Assembly: GCA_965153355.1 (NCBI GenBank)
Contig: OZ231126.1
Location: forward strand, 28,272,001-28,336,000
Direction: 5' to 3'
Length of the DNA: 64,000 nucleotides
From: Flaccisagitta enflata
Taxonomy: Eukaryota
A program made the translations under genes and the position numbers. Below are positions 55,894 through 64,000 of this stretch, one piece after another. The first letter of the stretch is position 1; every line of letters begins with the position of its first letter. Under the pieces are notes generated by a model. The model was not told the DNA's origin and did no database searches. It worked only from the letters and a program-made list of their open reading frames with translations.

Positions 55894-56248
55894 GTGCGTG
55901 GTGTGGCATAATTGATTCATGGGGAAAAGTACTTGAGGTGGGGAGGGCATAAAACATCTTGATAAGTTGTTACGTGAATACGGACAAGCAAGGTTGCTGG
56001 ACATTGAAGAGCTTATTACGAATTACAAATATCAAAGCTAACTATCACGTTACTTGACACTTCGAGCAAAACTAATGAGCTTTTAACAAAGAGCAGAGAG
56101 AGAAAAGACTCAGAGATCTAGAAAAATGTTGACAGATAGGCGTAACAGGAAGAAAAAAGATATTCATGGACGAAGCATGAAAAGTCATGGATAATGGTAG
56201 AAAGGCAGAAACTCAGAAAGGAGCGGCTGAAAGGAGATGAAATTAAAG

Positions 56249-56282
<34 letters not shown>

Positions 56283-58169
56283 AAGAACGGACTAAACACG
56301 GAATAACCCATTTAGCCGTAACGAAATACGCCGTGAATAAAATGAAAAATATCTCTGTGGGTAACTAATTAAAGCGAGACTCTCTGCTGTCATTAGTAAA
56401 TAAAAAGTAGTCTTTGACCTCCTGCGCTTTTTGTCCCTCTTCCTCCATCTGACCATCTAAACCCCCACTTCATATTTTTCTATTTCTCCCCTCCATTCAA
56501 TCAACATTCACTGACATTTCTTCACTCATGGAAAGTGTACATCATTTATGACACATCACCATTGAGCCTTTCGTCCCCATACAGTGGTTTTCTCTCGCAT
56601 TCCACCCATCTGCTACCACCCACGATTACCCCGATATTACCCACGATATCATATAACTGATATAAGCCACAAATCCCCGACACATCTTTTTCTTTTACCT
56701 ACACAATCAGTGGACAAAACAGTATTTGTAGCTATGTCAGCAGTTTGACATATTTCAACGCATTGAAATCTCTCATTTTGGCATATTTCAATATGTGGAG
56801 ATTTTCTATTCTAATGAGAGATTTCAATGCATTGAAATATGCCAGAATAAGAGATTTCAACGCGATGAAATATGCAAAACTGCTGACATATCTAGAAATA
56901 TCGTTTTGTCTACTGACTGCACACGCTTACATCTCCATTTCCAACTTACATTCACAGTCCATTCGTTCTTCTTTTCCTTATCAGCTAATGGACTATGGAG
57001 TACCATCGCCATTATCGATACTGGTTGCAAAACCTGATCACGGTTTGTACATTTGTTCAAGCAATGATCTTGGGGAAAGTCCGTGTTTCGATTCTTTTTG
57101 AAATGAAGTAACGAGTAAAAGAGGATTCAAAAAGCGAATGGTGAATTTTAAATTTCTCAAAGATAGGCCAGGCCTTGTTCTTTCGTAGCTACTATCTTGG
57201 AAAAAAGTTTATCGCATTATTGATCAAGGGGCATTTTATGGACAAGATAGTACAATTAACGTGTCCGTGACAAGCTTGATACTTGGTCATGCCCTCCTTG
57301 ACCTTTTCAAACGCTTCCCTGCGTCTTTGCATGCTTTTGTACTGCGACTAAAGGTATGATAGTGTGATCTTCCTCCAGACTTTAGCGCGATTTTTTTCGG
57401 TCCTGCCATCCGTGTTGCACATTCTTGTCTTTGCCATCGCCTCAATTGGGACCATAGACTCATAGAGATTCTATCAGCTTGAGTTTTGGGCTGTTCCTGG
57501 GCTAACTGGAGAAGTGTTTGACCTTTGACACTGCGCCTTTGATGCCATTGCTTCGTTGAAACAGCCTGATGAGCGGGTGCACAATCTCCCATGAACCACG
57601 TTTTAAAAATGCCATTTTTATGCCATTTTTCTAATGAGGTACCTAACTTCGTTCAGCTCTCATTTCTAAACGGTTAGATGCACAGTAACGCGGTTGGCGC
57701 CAACTGCTAGAAAAATTAAAGATGTTTCAGAACCTCACCAATTTTTCTTAGATTTTTTTATTTGTAAAGGAGATATGAGGCTTTAAGTGATGCGATAAAC
57801 TTATTTCCAAGGTTGTAAGTTTCAATAAGCAACAGAGCATAGTTTCGCGTTTGCGACATGTCAAGATTCATGACGCGTCGGATTAACACTGCCTCTGTTC
57901 CCGCAATACAAAACTCCAAGTTTGCAAAAAGGTTGCTCTCTATTCTATAAGGTTTTTAGTTTTGGTTTGGAGCTGAATGAAGTTGGAATCCTGAATTCTG
58001 AGTTTTTCTCCCTGAAATTCAGACTGAATGACGTTTTCCTCGTGAACGACTGAATAAGGTTTTCCCCCTGAAATTAATTTCAGACCAAAGTTTTCCTGTT
58101 GAACGACTGAATCCATTATTTCCGGAGTTGAATTCGGATTTGTTCCATTTATTGCAAATTAGCTTCACG

Positions 58170-58760
58170 GAAACATCTGAGATCTCTGTTTCATCTGCGT
58201 TTCTTGTTTTACCTAAGGTTCCATTTGCAATCATTGTTTTATCTGAGATCTTTGTTTCAGCTGCAGTATTTGTTATATCTAAGATCTTTGTTCCATCTGC
58301 AGTATTTATTTTATCTAAGATCTTTGTTTCAACTGCAATCTTTGTTTTATCTAATATCTTTGTTTTAACTGCAATATTTTTTTTATCTAAGATCTTAGTT
58401 TCAGCTGCAGTATTTGTTTCACCCAAGGTCTCTTGTGCAACCTACAATTTTTGTTTTATCTAAGATCTTTGTTTCATCTTTAGTATTTGTTTTGCTCATG
58501 GTCTCTTATTCCATCTGCAATCTTTGTTCGTTAAATGTTAAATGTTAAACGTTAAATGTTAAATGTTAAATTTTTTGTTCAAGCTGCAGTATTTGTTTTA
58601 TTTGAGATCTTTGTTTCAGCTGCAATCTTTGTCTAATCTAAGATCTTTGATTCAGCTGCAAACTTTGTTTTATCTGATAGCTTTGTTCATCTGCAATTTT
58701 TGTTTTATCTGAGATCTTTGTTTCAGCCGCAATATTTGTTTCATCTGAGATCTTGTCTTC
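58170..58760. repeat. 36-bp degenerate tandem repeat
   Basis: Unit atctaagatctttgtttcagctgcagtatttgtttt, which translates on the minus strand as repeated DKTxIAAETKIL. Confidence 0.85.
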
Positions 58761-59692
58761 GTCTGTAGCATTGTCTTGAATCTTGAATTTCTGGTTTATC
58801 CTGAATTTATATATCTTTCTCTGTCTTTAGCGGCAGCACACAAATTTGATCTAAGCTACCTTGCCGACTTTTCAGTATCTTTGTTTTATCTGTGGCTTAT
58901 CTTGCTTCAGCCGTAACTCTTGAGCAAACTCTATTCTGAGACGATTATCTCAGTGGCTCATCCAGGCTCATTTGTTCTGCGTTGTGTCTACCTAGCCATG
59001 ACTGTGGAAAACAACAAGCCCAAGAGGGCAACAGTCGCGTGCTTCTGGAAATGACAAACAAAATGTTAAGAAATGTTAGAAAATGTTAAACGGCAATCCA
59101 GTCGCGGACGGTTGGGCAGGAGCAGTAATGCGAATTCAAAAAGGTTACGGGACCGACGGACCGACCGACCGACACAGCGGGGTGTAGAGTCGCGTGTCCG
59201 CGACTAAGAATGTTTAAAAAAAAGAAATGTTAAAAAATGTGAAAAAAGCCAAAAATGTCAGAAAATGCGAAAAAATGATAAAAAATGTTAAAAAATGATA
59301 AAAAATGATAAAAAATGATAAAAAATGATAAAAAATTACGGGACGGACGGACCGACGGACTGACGGACCGACCGACAGACCAAGGTGCAGTGTCGCGCGC
59401 ACGCGACTAAAACGCGGCCACACTCAATTACTCTAGTTTCTGGTTTCTCACAGTCGAAAGCCGAAAAATAAACTACGGTTGTTGGCAGAGAATTTCTGAG
59501 GCGAAAGGCAGGGAACACCTTAGAAACCTTTGCCAGCGTTAAAAATACGAAAAAAAAAGTCGCTATTCCCAAAAGATCTCGAAAGGTTGGTCTGTCCGTT
59601 CGTTCGTCCATCCGTCAGTCCTTATGTCGATCTGTTGCGCCTCTTTGAAAAGAAATGCGAGGATGACGCATTCTGTTTCCCAAACAAGGACC

Positions 59693-59783
<91 letters not shown>

Positions 59784-59842
59784 CGACAACAAAAACGACA
59801 ACGACAACGACAACAACGACAACGACAACGACAAAGACAAAG

Positions 59843-59953
<111 letters not shown>

Positions 59954-59985
59954 CCAACACCAACACCAGTACCACCAACACCAGC

Positions 59986-60046
<61 letters not shown>

Positions 60047-60067
60047 TTAACAACAACAACAACAAAT

Positions 60068-60165
<98 letters not shown>

Positions 60166-61884
60166 CGACAAGAAAATGTCAGATGCTATCACATGCATGA
60201 AATATAATCTCACAAGAAGTCCCTACTCTGTTCTTCCATGGGAAAAAAAAAGAGAGGATGTGGGAGAAGAAACTATAGGCAAAGAGAACAAGGCCGTACA
60301 CACGGCAGCAATAGTCGCGGACGGATGGACAGGAGTGGAAAACCTCAAAAAACAACTTTGTGATGGACCGACGGATGGACCGACAGACGGATGGACCAAC
60401 GGACGGACCAAAGGACCAAAAAGTGGCTGATAGAGTCGCGTGTCCGCGACTAAAAAGAATAAAAATACACAGAAGTCTTTGCGAAGAAAGACACAATGTG
60501 AAAAGAAGATGGGCGACTCAACAGACAGTGACAAAGGGGAAAAAAGAATATATTAGCTTTTGATTTATAGTTTTTAACACGTAATTCTATAAGAGGCTTT
60601 GTCCGTCCACCAGTTGGTCCGTCCGTTGGTCCGTTGATCCATTGGTCCGTCTATAATCAGTCATAATTAGTCAAAAAGCATGAAAACGCGAATTATAGAT
60701 GCGTGAACGCTCTGTCGGTCAGCCAGATGGTTGGTCGCTCGGTCGGTCACACTTTGCTTTTTTGGCGTTTACGGGCGTTTTTCGTATTACTGCTCCTGCC
60801 CAAATGCTTGGTTAGCCATTTTCATCACTGTCCCTGCCCACCCGGAGGTGGTTTGGGTAGCCGTGTATCCGGCCTTGTTTGATAAATGTATAACTAAGAG
60901 TTGGACCAACAACCTGACGGGCAAACGGAACGAGACAATCCATTGGTTCTCACAGAGCTGAGTTGCTTGCGCACGACCAAAGAGAGAAGAATGAAGAATA
61001 CGAAGGATTGTGTCTCTTTTTGAAGAGGAAAAAAAAGTATAAAAGAGAAAAGATCAAAGGTGGAAATGAGTTGGGAATGACAGAGGAAGGCCAAGATGAA
61101 GGCTCACAAATCAGAGACCTGATAAAGACAAGAAAACCATAATGGTGGCTTACTGAGTAAAGCTTTTATAAAGGCAGTAAACCGAGAGGATAGCTCACAA
61201 ATCACAAACCAGATGAGGGCAGGAAAAAGAAGATTATGAGGCACATTTCAGATGCCAAGTAAACACAAGAAAACTAGAATCAAGAAAAAGAAACCGAGAT
61301 AACGACATGTATCATTTATGTATACAGAGGGAAGAACTGCAGGGCTATATTGGGTACTTGACCTCGTGTTGTTTCTGGTCAACTAATCTACATTCTGGAA
61401 ATCATGATGGTAAACGCGGTAAATTCAGGGTAAACAGCGAAGTATTATAAATTACCTTTTCATTTCTCTCTCTCTTTCTCTCTTTCTTTATCCCATTTCT
61501 ATCTAGAATAGCAGTGATGTATGTAAAAGAGACAACATAAAAGGCTTGTAACCTGGGTCAAAATATGGTCGCAAATCCGGGGGGGGGTGTGGAGCAGGGT
61601 AAAGCTGAGGTGGAAATGCACATTTTTTTACAATTTTGAACTCGATCATGAGGGACCGACCAGCAGAGGGACGGGCTAATCCTATTGTAGAATGTCAAGT
61701 CCGCGACAAAAAGATTGAATCAAAACACCCCGGATAGAATAAAGATTTCAAAATAAAAAAGATAAAACCGGTTGTGCCAATTGAATGACATCTGAAGCTT
61801 TTAGTCGCCAACGACGTCGTCGTTGTCGTCGTTGTTGTCATTATCACTGCCGAATTCAAATTTTAAATGGATATTATTGGTTAG

Positions 61885-61959
<75 letters not shown>

Positions 61960-62473
61960 GCTTGACTTTGATAATTGCTTGCGTTGTCTACATTTACAAA
62001 AACACCCTATAATCATAAATGCTATCGTCTGTTGCATCTTCGTTCCGACGTTCCATCCATGGTTCGTAACGCCATGCATATGCATGCCGGTTTGTCGGAG
62101 TACAACGCAACACAAGGCTTTCCTGTCAATATAGTCAAGACAGTTTCACAAATAGCAGGAAATTTCGCTGTTTTTCAGCCGTGTAATGTCTACATATTTC
62201 AACGTCGGCCGGTCGGTCGGTCCATCAGAAACATATCTAAATTGCATTCTTTTTTGCATTATTGGCCATGTGTTATCGTAAGAAACTAAGTGGATCATGC
62301 TAATTTTTTTCTCCAAAATCGATGCCCATGTCTGCAGGTTTACCACGAGGTGGAAAAAAGAATGGCGTAACTTTTTAAAAAAGTTCGGGTCTACTTTTAC
62401 AAGAGGACCACACTCAAATTTTCAACTATCCTGGATATATAAGTATGGTTGACTGGTTGAGTCAAGGGTAAAG

Positions 62474-62810
62474 GTTGAGTTTAGGGGTAGGGGTGAGTTT
62501 AAGGGTAGGGGTGAGTTTAGGGGTAGGGGTGAGTTTAGGGGTGAATCTAGGGGTAGGGGTGAGTTTAGGGGTAGGGGTGAGCTTAGGGGTAGGGGCGAGT
62601 TTAGGGGTAGGGGTGAGTTTAGGGGTAGGGGCGAGTTTAGGGGTAGGGGCGAGGGTAGGGACGAGTTTAGGGGTAGGGGCGAGTTTAGGGGTAGGGGCGA
62701 GTTTAGGGGTAGGGGCGAGTTTAGGGGTAGGGGCGAGTTTAGGGGTAGGGGCGAGTTTAGGGGTAGGGGTGGGGATGGGGGAAGGGGTGGGAGTAGGATT
62801 GAGTTTAGGT
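62474..62810 (+). repeat. 18-bp G-rich minisatellite (G-quadruplex potential)
   Basis: (gagtttaggggtagggg[c/t])n, roughly 16-17 units, each with two GGGG runs. Confidence 0.92.
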
Positions 62811-62981
62811 TGTGTTAAATACAAAAACAGACCATAAGAAAGTGTGGTCTTCTTGTAAAAGTTTGCCAAAGTTCGATACAAAGACCATATTTATGAAATT
62901 TGTAAAACATGAACAATAAAGAATCGGCTCTTCATCACTGTAAGTTCCATAAAAGAATTCGCTTCATCCTCCGATCGAACT

Positions 62982-64000
62982 ATGTCTCGCCATCACTCGC
63001 TTCTCGCGCACGACTCGATCAAATCAGCTGAAGAGGAAGGGGAAGATGAGGAAAAGCAGGAAACAACTGCAGTTAACAACAGTGCCAGTGTCGCTGGACT
63101 CGATCCTCGCCACCAAAACGACTGTTCATCAGACGATATGGAGTCGAGTTTTCCTACTCGATCACTGCCATTTCAAAATTCGCCAAATGTATCGCGTCAA
63201 AATGTTCCGACCATTTCTCTCGAATCACCCGCCCAAAATTCGCCTTCACGCTCAAATTCCGACTCACAAGGAAACAGCAGCAGTACTATCAATTCATCTC
63301 ATTCAAACAGTAACATTAAAACAAATTACGTGGCAAACAATGTATACCAAACCACCAACAACAACAACAACAACTTTTATTTACCACAATTACAAAACAT
63401 CTTTGACCTCATTTCAAACGCATCCCAGTCATCAAACGATAACCAAAATAACGGAGAAGGAAAGCGACTGAAACCTGAGACGCCAGCGATTGCGAAGGAC
63501 AAAATTGTCGTGCGACAGAGTAAGAGCGGAACCAATTCGATTCAGACTAGTTTGGCCTTGCCAATACCCCAACACGAAAATAACTCAGTGAGTAAATTCC
63601 CTAAGACAGGAAGCACGGGGTCACCATATGAGCTAATACCCAACGAACCTATCAAAGTTCAGGTGCAAGAACTACGGGATGAGGCAGTGAATTTATCAGG
63701 GACGATAACGCTCTCCGCCGAGACTGATGTGACACTCGGTCTCAAAACCTCTTATGTGAAGGACCAACATGGTGTTTCGTATGCTGCAGAGTTGGAGGGG
63801 CCTGAAGTATCTTCTGTCCAGCCTTCATGTTCAATGATGTGTTCAAAACCGAAAAGAGGGAAAATGAACTGGGAAGTGAACAATGAAGATGAGTCAGAAA
63901 CGGACGAGGAACTCTCTCCGGATGAAGAAGACATCAGCAAAAAAAAGAAAAAAAGATCGTTCTCGAGAACCAAAAGTTACATCAAAAAACCAAGAAGTCA
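62982..64000 (+). CDS. Uncharacterised long ORF, open to the window edge (~339 codons)
   Basis: Read by hand: ATG at 62982 (MSRHHSLLAHDSIKSAEEEGEDEE...) with no stop through ...EDESETDEELSPDEEDISKKKKKRSFSRTKSYIKKPRS. Absent from the track because the stop lies outside the window. Confidence 0.55.
   Translation, partial: MSRHHSLLAHDSIKSAEEEGEDEEKQETTAVNNSASVAGLDPRHQNDCSSDDMESSFPTRSLPFQNSPNVSRQNVPTISLESPAQNSPSRSNSDSQGNSSSTINSSHSNSNIKTNYVANNVYQTTNNNNNNFYLPQLQNIFDLISNASQSSNDNQNNGEGKRLKPETPAIAKDKIVVRQSKSGTNSIQTSLALPIPQHENNSVSKFPKTGSTGSPYELIPNEPIKVQVQELRDEAVNLSGTITLSAETDVTLGLKTSYVKDQHGVSYAAELEGPEVSSVQPSCSMMCSKPKRGKMNWEVNNEDESETDEELSPDEEDISKKKKKRSFSRTKSYIKKPRS

Noticed and set aside
62462-62881. 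PTPKLA-repeat protein or true telomere
   Set aside because: The ORF is a by-product of an 18-bp minisatellite. The unit is not a simple telomeric repeat and the array is interstitial.

Overview
This is repeat-rich eukaryotic DNA, most likely from an invertebrate animal (inference). Up to at least ~50 kb the window is a minus-strand kinesin-3 gene (KIF28/KLP-6-like), nearly all intron. Four clear GT-AG exons join in consistent phase: motor end/neck (49929-50061), coiled coil (30836-30943), pre-FHA linker (25928-26066) and FHA domain (84-309). A 54-nt Gly-rich micro-exon (38455-38508) fits between the first two. The most striking structure lies in the 25.6-kb intron: two 3'-truncated copies of one CsRn1-like Ty3/gypsy LTR retrotransposon fused tail-to-tail (6395-19799). 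They form a palindrome with ~4.3-kb arms and a ~1-kb spacer. Both arms share a ~1.7-kb structured leader, a CHCC gag, a G_GGA_AAA -1 frameshift site, an unusual 4-Cys insertion in RT and a YIND (not YIDD) catalytic motif. The rest is nested non-autonomous DNA transposons (hAT, Tc1/mariner/pogo, Kolobok-like, foldback), about 25 Helentron-type (HINE/DINE-1-like) short elements, and mini- and microsatellites. An unannotated plus-strand ORF (62982 to the window end) follows a G-rich minisatellite. Most ORFs in the supplied track are microsatellite artefacts.
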